Source: Candidatus Bathyarchaeota archaeon
GTDB taxonomy: Archaea; Thermoproteota; Bathyarchaeia; Bathyarchaeales; Bathycorpusculaceae
Direction: 5' to 3'
DNA: 64,000 bases
Assembly (NCBI GenBank): GCA_963832745.1
Contig: CAWHVC010000005.1
Location: 128,001 to 192,000 of the forward strand
Both the position numbers and the translations under genes were made by a program. Positions 1 to 9,569 of this stretch are shown here, piece by piece (positions within the stretch are counted from its first letter, which is position 1; each line of letters begins with the position of its first letter). The notes beneath the pieces are model-generated. The model saw only the letters and a list, made by a program, of their open reading frames with translations, did no database searches and had not been told where the DNA came from.

Positions 1-133
1 ACTCTACTGATTAGCCTGAAAATACATTCGGCAAAAAACCCCAAGACCTTGATTCACTTACAAAAAGACTCAGTTCAGATAAACTAATGAATATTTTAAT
101 CATCGAAGAAGGAACTGACAATCAATGGTCAAT

Positions 134-890
134 TTAAGAAGTAGACTCACGCTTGATTATATCAGTAGCAAACCTCTGTAGTAAATGAATCCTGTTCGCA
201 TTTCCTCTAGATCAAGAATTTTTTTGTACCTTGAAAGCTGCGATTATACTATTGTCTTGTTTAACTATATCACTTGCTACTGTTTCTCTGAATAAGTGTG
301 GCCATATTGTTTGACTTGTGCTGCTCACTATGCAGAATATAGATCGGTCGCTTAGATGGCTGTCGGGATTTATTCTATAATAGCCAAAGTTACTTTTTCC
401 AGAGGGCAGCCAGAACTTAGGCGGAGGACTTAGCTTATGTAGATACTCAAGGAAGCTCAGAACATTTTGAGTTAGAGGATCAGAAATTGGAAAAGCCTTA
501 AGAGATTTTGATGTCTTAGTGGAAAAAGAAACCGGAACAGCGGAGAGACAGATACCGCATTTTTTGCAGAAAAGAGCGCTCTTGGCGTTTTTGATCTCTC
601 ATCTTGGACATTTTTTATGTCTTCGTTTCTTTTTTTCCCAGTGTAAACGTAACTTTTAGAAAATCGTCTTTTACTTCGAAGTTGTCTAAAGGTATCCATG
701 AAATCTCTGCCCTGCGTTTCCCACATAGCCTTAAAAGAGAAAGAACAGCAGTTGCACGTAAGCAAAAATATTCATCTTTAAAAGAATTGGCCTTAGCGAG
801 GGCTAACTCAAATTCTTGGTCATCGATCACTGTTTCTCTGTTTTCTCTAAACTCATTATTTCTAACACGAGTTATCGTTAAGACCTCCAT
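134..890 (-). pseudogene. Tyrosine recombinase/integrase broken by at least 3 frameshifts (real decay or sequencing indels)
   Basis: ORF 615-890 has the box I motif LLRLCGKRRAEI. Hand translation of a downstream frame gives IWPHLFRETVA (HxxR, ~287-300), and after a T7 run at 219-225 ILDLEEMRTGFIY (catalytic Tyr region). Confidence 0.8.
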
Positions 891-1068
891 GAAAAAAATA
901 ATTTCTTAATTATTGTTAGAAAAAAGTGGGTGTAAAAAGTATGAATTGTTGTCTGGCGAGAGCATACTATAAAGTTAAATAAAACAGGCTAACATAGCCA
1001 ACTTTTCTTTTTTTGATTTTCTTGTATTTGTTAATTCTGGCAAAATAAAGGGAATTTATCAAAAACAA

Positions 1069-1860
1069 TCAGGTTTTTGAGGCGTAAAATGAGAGCAGCG
1101 CCAACGGAATAACTATTAGGTAGGCAAGCAGGGTTCCAGGCCATATTCCCGCTGCGGGATACAGGTAATGTACAGCTACGCTGTAGGGGATAACCGTTAG
1201 AATGCCAGTGATAGCGAGGGGTTTGCTTATTGAACGAGTATATTCTGTACCTTTACTGTGCTGAAGGATAATCAGTGTTGAAGTAAAGACTGCAGGGAAA
1301 GCTGCGGCAACTCCACCCAAGACAGGTCCACCAATCTGGCTGAGGAGAACAGAAACTGCAACAAGAGTGCCAGCACCTAAACCACGCAAAACAACTGCAG
1401 AGGTTCGATAAAGCGTTTTTTCACCTTCAAATCGAACTAATTTAAGCTTTTTTGAAAATAGATAAAAAGTTATTACTGAAATGGCGGCTCCACCAATAAC
1501 GGCAACTATGTAGTCTGTAATCCCTGACAGAACTATCAATGTTGAGGCAATAAACCAAATTAGAAGTGAAACAGTTAAGCCAACTTTGAAGCCTTTCTTT
1601 GCAAAAAAAGCGTAAAAGAACAGGTAAGCGTTTGTAAGGGCAAAGGCTAATGGAAAAACTGTGGTGGCGTTGACTGCTGCGTCTGTGGACTGGTTTATGG
1701 CTATAAAGAGAAATGAAAACGCTGCTGTTGAAGGGAAACCGCCAAGGATTCCGCCAATTACTGCACCTTTCTTTTCGGCTATGATTGTTGTTGCTGTAAC
1801 CCATAGGCTACCTACAACAAATGCCAAAACAAGGCGGATAAGCACAAGCGTTTCAAGCAT
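1069..1860 (-). CDS. Multi-pass membrane protein, DUF3147-like with two-fold internal repeat
   Basis: Hydrophobic 263 aa; repeated GxxxGGxxxxFP motifs (GAVIGGILGGFP / GPVLGGVAAAFP). Confidence 0.7.
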   Translation of the reverse strand: MLETLVLIRLVLAFVVGSLWVTATTIIAEKKGAVIGGILGGFPSTAAFSFLFIAINQSTDAAVNATTVFPLAFALTNAYLFFYAFFAKKGFKVGLTVSLLIWFIASTLIVLSGITDYIVAVIGGAAISVITFYLFSKKLKLVRFEGEKTLYRTSAVVLRGLGAGTLVAVSVLLSQIGGPVLGGVAAAFPAVFTSTLIILQHSKGTEYTRSISKPLAITGILTVIPYSVAVHYLYPAAGIWPGTLLAYLIVIPLALLSFYASKT

Positions 1861-1921
1861 AAAGGGGTTTACAGGCTATTATTACGTTATTAATCTTTAG
1901 AGCATTAACGGTAAACGCGGG

Positions 1922-2623
1922 TTAAAATTTTAGGGAACGCTTTTTTGAAAAGATTATAGTGGAAACTGAAGTGACAAAGAGTGTACCAAGCAAAATAAAA
2001 TTTTCCAAGGTTACCCATTGCATATTTTGATACATGGCCAAGGCTACGGCAAATAGAACATAGAAAGTTACAAGTCCAAGGATGAATCTGAGGATGGAGG
2101 TTGCTTTTTGATATGGCTGAGTTCTTGTTTTAACAAATTTTATTGACGCTTTAACCAGTTTAGAGGTGTCAGGAAGGTCATCAAGAATAAGAGTAAAACC
2201 ACATAAAATAAGAAATCGCGCGGCATTTACAGGCAGACTTGAATTTTCAACCAAAAAAAGTGTCCAAAGCGACACACTGGTAAAAGCGACTGCAAATAAT
2301 ACACCTAAAACCAGAACCAACAAGCCATAAAAATAGTGATGAAAAAACAATCGCCCAGTTTTCAAGTTACGACCCAAACGAGCACTGGGAACAAAATTGA
2401 ATTTAGCCGTCAAAATAACCAACCAAAAAATGTTACCGTTAACAATAAAGGGATAGAATGGCTGCCAACCTCTAAAGAACCAGTAAAATCCGCCTAAAAT
2501 GCCCAAGGCGTAACTTATCGTCAACAATGCATTAAAAATTAACGAAAGGCTGAAGAGCTTTTTGGCAAGAATTTTATGTTTGGGCGCGTTTGCTCGGGTA
2601 TCTTTTTGGCTTACCATTAGCAA
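1922..2623 (-). CDS. Hypothetical integral membrane protein
   Basis: 233-aa ORF with about 7 hydrophobic segments and an FFHHYFYG motif. Confidence 0.7.
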   Translation of the reverse strand: MLMVSQKDTRANAPKHKILAKKLFSLSLIFNALLTISYALGILGGFYWFFRGWQPFYPFIVNGNIFWLVILTAKFNFVPSARLGRNLKTGRLFFHHYFYGLLVLVLGVLFAVAFTSVSLWTLFLVENSSLPVNAARFLILCGFTLILDDLPDTSKLVKASIKFVKTRTQPYQKATSILRFILGLVTFYVLFAVALAMYQNMQWVTLENFILLGTLFVTSVSTIIFSKKRSLKF

Positions 2624-2834
2624 ACCTTTTTTGATTTAAAAGCCGCAATAAAAAGAAACATATGAATATATTAGGAAATGTTGTTGTCAATGATTTGCAG
2701 CAAATTACGATTAACCTCAAAATTTCAAAAATAATAACTAAAAAACACTTCTAAACTAAGGAAATGGTATAAATCTGAGTCCGTTGCTAGCATTAAGGTT
2801 CACATTAATCACTTAGTTAACGGTAAGACCAAAG

Positions 2835-3953
2835 ATGGCTCAGAAAAGAGACTATTATGAAGTTTTAGGCGTTCAGAAAAACGCAACAAAAGACCAAATC
2901 AAAGATTCCTACCGCAAACTCGCGATGCAGTATCATCCAGACCGCAACAAAGATGCAGGCGCAGAAGACAAATTTAAAGAAATCAGCGAAGCCTACGCAG
3001 TACTCAGCGACGACCAGAAACGGGCACAATACGACAACCTTGGCCACGCAGGCTTTGACCAACAATACACAAGCGAAGATATTTTCCGGGGAGCCGATTT
3101 TGACTCTGTCTTCCGTGACATGGGTTTCGGCGACTTGTTCCGTACAATTTTCGGAGGCGGCAGTTTCGGCGGCGGTTATGAGCAAACAAGCCGCGGTCAA
3201 GATTTAGGTTACGATTTACAAATCACCCTTGAAGAAGCTGCAAAAGGTGTAGAAAAAGAAATTCAGATTCCAAGAACTGAAAGATGCGATGTCTGCGGAG
3301 GTTCAGGCGCTAAACCAGGCACCAACGTGACGGTTTGTCCAAGATGCAACGGCGCGGGTAGAGTTCAAAACATGCATAAAAGCGCTTTCGGAATGTTTGT
3401 CCAAGTCGTAGCTTGTCCACAATGCAGAGGCAAAGGAAAACTGATTGAAACCCCCTGTAGCAACTGCAACGGTTCAGGACTTGTACGTAAAAAACGCAAA
3501 ATCACAGTTAAAATCCCCATGGGCATTGACGACGGCTACCAACTGCGGCTTCGCGGTGAAGGTGAAATGGCAGCGAACGACGGCGAACCAGGCGACTTAT
3601 ACGTTATAGTTCACGTGTTGCCCAGTCAACTGTTTGTACGCGATGGCGATGACTTGTACCTTGTAGAAATGATAACGTTCCCTCAGGCGACTCTGGGTGC
3701 AGATATTTCAGTGCCAACTTTGGAGGGACCAACAGTAATTAAGGTTCATGCTGGAACTCAGCCGGGTGAAGTTATTCGTGTTAAAGGTAAGGGCATGCCA
3801 CGTATGCGAGGCTATGGTAAAGGTGACTTGCTAGTAAGGATTGGAGTTGTTGTTCCTGAGAAACTTACAATTCAGCAACGTGCTTTGATTGAGGAGTTAG
3901 CTAAAGAGTTCGGCTCTGACGTTTCTTCAAAGAAAAGCAAATTCCACTTTTAA
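2835..3953 (+). CDS. dnaJ: Molecular chaperone DnaJ
   Basis: J domain with HPD, G/F-rich linker, four CxxCxGxG zinc repeats, C-terminal domain. Confidence 0.98.
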   Translation: MAQKRDYYEVLGVQKNATKDQIKDSYRKLAMQYHPDRNKDAGAEDKFKEISEAYAVLSDDQKRAQYDNLGHAGFDQQYTSEDIFRGADFDSVFRDMGFGDLFRTIFGGGSFGGGYEQTSRGQDLGYDLQITLEEAAKGVEKEIQIPRTERCDVCGGSGAKPGTNVTVCPRCNGAGRVQNMHKSAFGMFVQVVACPQCRGKGKLIETPCSNCNGSGLVRKKRKITVKIPMGIDDGYQLRLRGEGEMAANDGEPGDLYVIVHVLPSQLFVRDGDDLYLVEMITFPQATLGADISVPTLEGPTVIKVHAGTQPGEVIRVKGKGMPRMRGYGKGDLLVRIGVVVPEKLTIQQRALIEELAKEFGSDVSSKKSKFHF

Positions 3954-3975
3954 CTTTTCTTTTTTCATTAGTTTT
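3954..3975 (+). terminator. Oligo-T archaeal-type terminator after dnaJ
   Basis: T-rich tract cttttcttttttc immediately after the stop codon. Confidence 0.5.
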
Positions 3976-4231
3976 TGCGGATTTTTACAATTGCCCAAAC
4001 ATCGCTTTTTCTGTACTGGTTTTGTCTGTTTTAACGTTGAGATGGCAAAGATTTTGGAGAAATTAATAAACGGACAGTTGCTGAAGTTACTTTAGAAGAG
4101 GAATATTGCTACACTGCAAAAAAGAGCCCCAATATAAAAGTTCTAAGGCAGTCAAGCAACAGCATGTTGAGCCGGCGAGTTAATGGCAAAGTTTTTAACT
4201 AAATTTTGGTAATCAATTTTGAGAGAAAAGT

Positions 4232-4600
4232 ATGGTTAACTTAGATTCAGCACTATTAAGTCTCATTGTGAGCATCGTCGTATCTATCATTGTGATTGCA
4301 CCGTCGCTGTGGATTTCAGGCAGAATACTCGTCGGCAAACAAAAAGCAAAATTCACTGATGCAATATGGATTGTCGTACTTGGAACCGTAATCAGCTCAA
4401 TCTTTAGCTACTTCTTCGAAGGAATAATTGCTTCTCTGATCATGCTGGTAATCAGTTTAGGGTTAGTGAAGCACTTCTTTGACTGTGGATGGCTAAAAGC
4501 GTTATTAATTAGCATCATAGCGGCAATAATATTCATCGTAATCGCAGCGGTACTGGCAATAATCGGCATAGGCATCGGCTTTACATTCTTAGGAATATAA
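4232..4600 (+). CDS. Small hypothetical membrane protein (about 4 TM)
   Basis: 122-aa hydrophobic ORF. Confidence 0.75.
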   Translation: MVNLDSALLSLIVSIVVSIIVIAPSLWISGRILVGKQKAKFTDAIWIVVLGTVISSIFSYFFEGIIASLIMLVISLGLVKHFFDCGWLKALLISIIAAIIFIVIAAVLAIIGIGIGFTFLGI

Positions 4601-4641
4601 AACCTAAAAGCCCTAACTTTTTTAGTAAACAGCATTGTAGC

Positions 4642-5463
4642 TTATTTTATTAAATGCTGAATCTCAGTCCAAGTTTGACCACTGGACCAAGTTACTGAAA
4701 AATAATGCGTCATTGTATCCAGCAAACCATTGTAGTTTGAAAAAATCAGGGGCTCCGTTCCTAAAAGTTTCTTTTCAGAAGAAGTGCTAACCAAAATTGT
4801 TTCGTCATCTATTATTACAAAGTTTCCGCAGGTTTTTGGAATAAGTCTAACCTGAAATAAAGGTGTTGAAAACACTTTTTTGCTCAGAAAACGTTGAGCT
4901 TGCAGATTGTCATCAGGATATTCAACAATTTGTTTAATGGTTACACCTTTAGCCATTGCCTTTGAGCATATTTCGGAATAATGTTCCCAAAATTGTAAGA
5001 AACGAGGCCACCTGTGCATCAGATAAATTGTTTTTCGTGCATTTTCAGAACTGAATAGAATTTTTTTATGAATTCGAAAATAGTTCGTCAACAGAAGCAT
5101 TTCTTGTTTTTTTTCCGAGTGCAGTTCAGGTCTTGAAGCGTCTTCAATGGCTTTAGCGGTGGCTTGTATTTTTTCTATTTCCTGATGTTTCTGCTGGATA
5201 ACCATTTCCAATGCATCTTTTAACGGCAGAGGAGTGAAAGATCCATCGACAAGATTTCTTTCTACTAAACCAGTGGTTTCAAGAGAATGTAATATTTGAT
5301 ATAAGTGAGTGCGATGTATTCCAGAGTTCTTGGATATTTGGCTGACCTTAGATGGCCCATTGTAAATTAGAGCCAAATAGACTCTAACTTGTGATGGCGT
5401 CAAATCTAAACTATTAAGCAAACTTTCTTCGTCTAAGGATACCACCAAAGTATTTCGCCTCAA
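4642..5463 (-). CDS. TrmB-family transcriptional regulator
   Basis: N-terminal HTH LTPSQVRVYLALIYNGPSKVSQISKNSGIHRTHLYQILHSLE; C-terminal effector-like domain (FVIIDDE). Confidence 0.85.
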   Translation of the reverse strand: MRRNTLVVSLDEESLLNSLDLTPSQVRVYLALIYNGPSKVSQISKNSGIHRTHLYQILHSLETTGLVERNLVDGSFTPLPLKDALEMVIQQKHQEIEKIQATAKAIEDASRPELHSEKKQEMLLLTNYFRIHKKILFSSENARKTIYLMHRWPRFLQFWEHYSEICSKAMAKGVTIKQIVEYPDDNLQAQRFLSKKVFSTPLFQVRLIPKTCGNFVIIDDETILVSTSSEKKLLGTEPLIFSNYNGLLDTMTHYFSVTWSSGQTWTEIQHLIK

Positions 5464-5643
5464 GTTTTTTTGTTTTATTAACGTTTATATCTTTTCCCTA
5501 ATTCACCCTAAAAGTTGCTTTTTAAGAAAAAACCTGTTAGTACAGATTGCACATTATACCCTTTTAAATCGGACGTTGGGTAAAAATATTAAAATTAAGC
5601 AGATGGAAAAATCCCGTTTTAATAAAAAGAAGGATAATGCAAC

Positions 5644-6588
5644 ATGCAAATACCATTTAAGAAAACATTAAAGCAGGCTAAATCTAAAGGCATCGCAAAG
5701 ACCATTGCTTTCATTATGGCATTATCCATAACAGAAATCACGAAAAAAATAACAAAACTGCCTGAAGAAAAATTAATAGAAGTAAATAAGTCAGAAATGA
5801 TTGTTTATCCAATCAAAGGAGCCATACACACTGACCTTTTTAGATACAAGAAAAGAGAGCCTTTATGCACCGATTACCTGCTAAATTCAGGTGTCATCAA
5901 AAAAGGAGACATCGTGCTAGATATCGGAGCAAACATTGGATATTACGCTTTGGCAGAAGCTAAAATTGTAGGAGAAACGGGAAAAGTCTACGCCATCGAA
6001 CCAGTATCAAGCAATTTCAAGCTTCTCAAAAAAAACATTAATTTAAATAATTTAACAAACGTAGCCACGTTCCAGTATGCTTTTGGAGATAGAAATTCGA
6101 TGGCAGAAATCTTTGTTTCGAACTTTTCTAACTTGTCCGCTGTTAACAAAAATGCCGCCGGCGGCGAAATCGTTGAAGTGCAACCTGTTAATATGATGAC
6201 AATTGACGAGTTCGTTAAAGACAAGGAAACACCCAAACTGATTCGTATGGATGTTGAAGGCTACGAGTACGAAATTTTAAAAGGCATGCAGAGCACATTG
6301 AAAGAAAATGTAAAAATTCTAATGGAGCTTCACACGGCACCAGGATATTTGTCACCTCAAAAACTTGACGAAGTATACCAAATTATGGAAAACAACAATT
6401 ATAGAGCAAAATTTGTCGTTTTTGAAAACAAAATAAATGAAAGCAAACTCGTAGAGGTTCTGTATAAAAAATCAGGCGAAAGATTACCAATTATTGCGTC
6501 AGACATGTCCATGCAGGAACTCAAGAAACTTGTTATTGACAACCAAGAATTAGCTTGCCCAAACATTTTGTTTGAAAAACAAAATTAA
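5644..6588 (+). CDS. FkbM-family SAM-dependent methyltransferase
   Basis: VLDIGANIGYY, VYAIEP and IRMDVEGYEYEIL motifs. Confidence 0.9.
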   Translation: MQIPFKKTLKQAKSKGIAKTIAFIMALSITEITKKITKLPEEKLIEVNKSEMIVYPIKGAIHTDLFRYKKREPLCTDYLLNSGVIKKGDIVLDIGANIGYYALAEAKIVGETGKVYAIEPVSSNFKLLKKNINLNNLTNVATFQYAFGDRNSMAEIFVSNFSNLSAVNKNAAGGEIVEVQPVNMMTIDEFVKDKETPKLIRMDVEGYEYEILKGMQSTLKENVKILMELHTAPGYLSPQKLDEVYQIMENNNYRAKFVVFENKINESKLVEVLYKKSGERLPIIASDMSMQELKKLVIDNQELACPNILFEKQN

Positions 6589-6596
6589 AAAAAGGG

Positions 6597-8552
6597 TTAG
6601 GCGAGTTGCTTTCGCAAATCGTCATATGTTGCTTTTATGTCCTCTATTGAGGCTTCGTCCTCGATTGTTGAGGTATCGCCTAATGGTGCACCTGTTAGGA
6701 CTGCTTTGAGGAGTCTGCGCATGATTTTGCCGCTTCGAGTTTTTGGCAGTTTATTTACCATTACGATTGCTTCTGGCGTTGCTATGGGACCAATTGTTGT
6801 GCGGACATGTTTGATTAGTTCAACGCGTAATTCGTCTGAAGGAGTAAAGCCAGTACGTAAAACGACAAATGCTACGGGAACTTCGCCTTTTACTGCGTCT
6901 TCTTTGCCCATGACTGCTGCTTCGCTGACTGCTGGGTGGGAAACTAGTGCGCTTTCTAACTCGACCGTGCCGATGCGGTGACCTGCAACTTTTAGGACTT
7001 CGTCTGCACGTCCTAATAGCCAGAAGTATCCGTCAGGGTCACGTATTGCGTAGTCGCCGACATAATAGACTCCTGGCCACCTGCCGAAGTATGTTTGCTT
7101 GAAACGGTCCGAATCTTTCCAGACGGTTTGCAGCATTCCTGGCCAAGGTGACTTGAGTACTAGGAAACCTTTGGTGCCTTGTGGAACTGATTGCCCTTTC
7201 TCGTCGAAGATGTCAGCGTTAACTCCTGGTAAGGGTAGCGTAGCTGACCCAGGTTTTAGTGGTGTTAGTTCGATGCCGCTTGCAGGTGTAATCATGAAGC
7301 CGCCTGTTTCCGTCTGCCACCACGTATCAATGATAGGTAGGCGCTCTTTGCCAATGACACGGTAATACCATTTCCATGCTTCTGGGTTGATTGGTTCACC
7401 GACTGAGCCTAAAATTCGCAGTGTGCTCAAATCATGTTTTGTTACCCACTGCTCGCCGAATTTCATGAACATGCGAACGGCTGTTGGAGTACCGTAAAGT
7501 ATAGTGATACCATGACGTTCGATGATGTCCCACCATCGGTCTTGAGCAGGGTAATCTGGGGTGCCTTCAAACAGAAAAGCGGTAACACCTAAACTAAGGG
7601 GCGCGTAAATGTTGTATGTGTGACCTGTAATCCAGCCAATGTCAGCGACACACCAGTAAATGTCTTCATCATTTGGGTTAAACGCCCACTTAAGTGTCCA
7701 GTAAGCCCAAGTTAGATATCCGCCTGTTCCATGCTGCACACCTTTTGGTTTACCTGTCGTGCCGGAAGTGTATAGAATGAACAGTGGGTCACTTGACTTC
7801 ATGGATTCCGGTTCAACGTACGCGTCTGCGCCAGCGTTTGCAAGTGCTTCATGATACCAGACGTCTCGACCGTCCTGCATCGAAACAGCTTGACCTGTGC
7901 GTTTGACAACAATTACTTTTTCAATGTTAGGCATATTTGGCAATGCTCTATCTGCTGTGTCTTTAATTGCAACAGGTTTTCCTCGTCTAAAGGAACCGTC
8001 GGATGTTACAAGAATTTTTGCACCGCAATCGTTTACTCTGTCAGCAAGTGCTTCAGCACTAAAACCAGAGAAAACCACAGCGTGGACGCCACCTATACGC
8101 ACTGTTGCAAGCAAGGTTATCGGCAACTCTGGAATTACTGGCAAAAATACTGCTACGCGGTCGCCTTTTTTGACACCGAGACTTTGCATGGCTTTTGCGA
8201 GTTTGTTTACTTCCCGGTAGAGTTGGTAGTAAGTGTATGTTTTTACTTCACCCATTTCGCCTTCCCAAATGTATGCTATCTTGTTTTTGCGTACACTTTT
8301 TACATGGCGATCCAGCGTGTTGTAGGAAACGTTGAGTTCTCCGTCGGGGAACCATTTGTAAAACGGCGGGTTGGTGTCGTCGAGCACTTTGGTGAAAGGC
8401 TTAAACCAATCGATTGCTTTGGCTTTTTCTGTCCAGTATTCTTGAGGGTTTTTTATTGATTTTTCCCATTCTTGCCGTCTTAATTCTCCAGATGAAACTT
8501 TGGCAATACTTGGGCTATATTTTTCATTAAAAGGTAGACTAGCCTCTGACAT
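6597..8552 (-). CDS. acs: Acetyl-CoA synthetase (AMP-forming)
   Basis: YTSGTTGKPKG AMP-binding signature, DTWWQTETGG, PKTRSGKIMRR. Confidence 0.96.
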   Translation of the reverse strand: MSEASLPFNEKYSPSIAKVSSGELRRQEWEKSIKNPQEYWTEKAKAIDWFKPFTKVLDDTNPPFYKWFPDGELNVSYNTLDRHVKSVRKNKIAYIWEGEMGEVKTYTYYQLYREVNKLAKAMQSLGVKKGDRVAVFLPVIPELPITLLATVRIGGVHAVVFSGFSAEALADRVNDCGAKILVTSDGSFRRGKPVAIKDTADRALPNMPNIEKVIVVKRTGQAVSMQDGRDVWYHEALANAGADAYVEPESMKSSDPLFILYTSGTTGKPKGVQHGTGGYLTWAYWTLKWAFNPNDEDIYWCVADIGWITGHTYNIYAPLSLGVTAFLFEGTPDYPAQDRWWDIIERHGITILYGTPTAVRMFMKFGEQWVTKHDLSTLRILGSVGEPINPEAWKWYYRVIGKERLPIIDTWWQTETGGFMITPASGIELTPLKPGSATLPLPGVNADIFDEKGQSVPQGTKGFLVLKSPWPGMLQTVWKDSDRFKQTYFGRWPGVYYVGDYAIRDPDGYFWLLGRADEVLKVAGHRIGTVELESALVSHPAVSEAAVMGKEDAVKGEVPVAFVVLRTGFTPSDELRVELIKHVRTTIGPIATPEAIVMVNKLPKTRSGKIMRRLLKAVLTGAPLGDTSTIEDEASIEDIKATYDDLRKQLA

Positions 8553-8875
8553 GCGCTTATTCCTCTTTTTACCTGCCCATCGTTTGGTGCGAACGAAATA
8601 TAAGTTTTGTCAATGGAATGTTGAAAAACAAAACAACAACACCTATATTTTTTATCTTTACAATCAAAATTTTGATTTCCATGCGCATGATGATGTAACC
8701 TAAAATTTAATCCACAATGCATTCCAGAATTAAACCTAACTACAAAAGCCAGCAATCAAAAATATTTCCAATAAACAACCAATAAGCAATATAAAAACAC
8801 ATTCAAACTGAATCAATCAAAAAACATGTTTTTACCCAAAAAATTAAAAAAAGGATAAAGTTAGGTTTTTAGTGT

Positions 8876-9499
8876 TTAATTGGCTTCCATAGTTATGGTT
8901 AATGGATTAGTGCTTGCTTTCTGTTTTACTGGACCAATCGGCAGTACAGTTTTACCGTTAGCTTCGTTTAGAACTTCGGCAAGTCCAAGATATACCGCGC
9001 TAAAGCCACAGATTACGCCTTCTATGCCTGTGATTGTATTGAACCACACTGGGTTTCCAAGCAATTCTCTTGTGGTCAGCATAAAGAAAAGTATAGCCAA
9101 GCTCATGAATACAAACTGGAGTCCTCGATTAGTTTTTAGCGTTCCAAAGAACATCACGAATGTAAAGACGCCCCACATCAAGAAGTATGCCGCCATTGCA
9201 ATATTGTCAGCGGGTGCTACTGCGCCAAAAAATGGCATGTTTGGCATTAAAAGCAATACAACAAGAGACCACCAGAACAAACCGTATGACGAGAAAGCTA
9301 CTGTGCCAAAAGTGTTGCCTTTGCGGTACTCCATGACACCCACGATTACCTGTGCTAAGCCACCGTAAGCTAGACCCATTGCAAGTATCATGCTGTTCAG
9401 AGAAAATAAGCCTGCGTTGTGCAGATTCAAAAGTACTGTTGTCAAGCCAAAAGCTAGTAAACCTAGAGGTGCTGCGTTTGCTAATTTATTGTTACTCAT
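8876..9499 (-). CDS. satP: Acetate uptake transporter (GPR1/FUN34/YaaH family)
   Basis: N-terminal [13 protein letters not shown] signature, 6 TM segments, upstream of acs. Confidence 0.92.
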   Translation of the reverse strand: MSNNKLANAAPLGLLAFGLTTVLLNLHNAGLFSLNSMILAMGLAYGGLAQVIVGVMEYRKGNTFGTVAFSSYGLFWWSLVVLLLMPNMPFFGAVAPADNIAMAAYFLMWGVFTFVMFFGTLKTNRGLQFVFMSLAILFFMLTTRELLGNPVWFNTITGIEGVICGFSAVYLGLAEVLNEANGKTVLPIGPVKQKASTNPLTITMEAN

Positions 9500-9569
9500 T
9501 TTTTCACTTTAATTCATTAGTAAAAAAAGGATTTTAGGCTGTTGAGTTTTTAACTTTTTCTAACAGCTT

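Noticed and set aside
1-137. Possible 3' end of a plus-strand gene (...KLMNILIIEEGTDNQWSI*)
   Set aside because: Truncated by the window edge, has an in-frame TAG at 12-14, and shows no recognisable motif.
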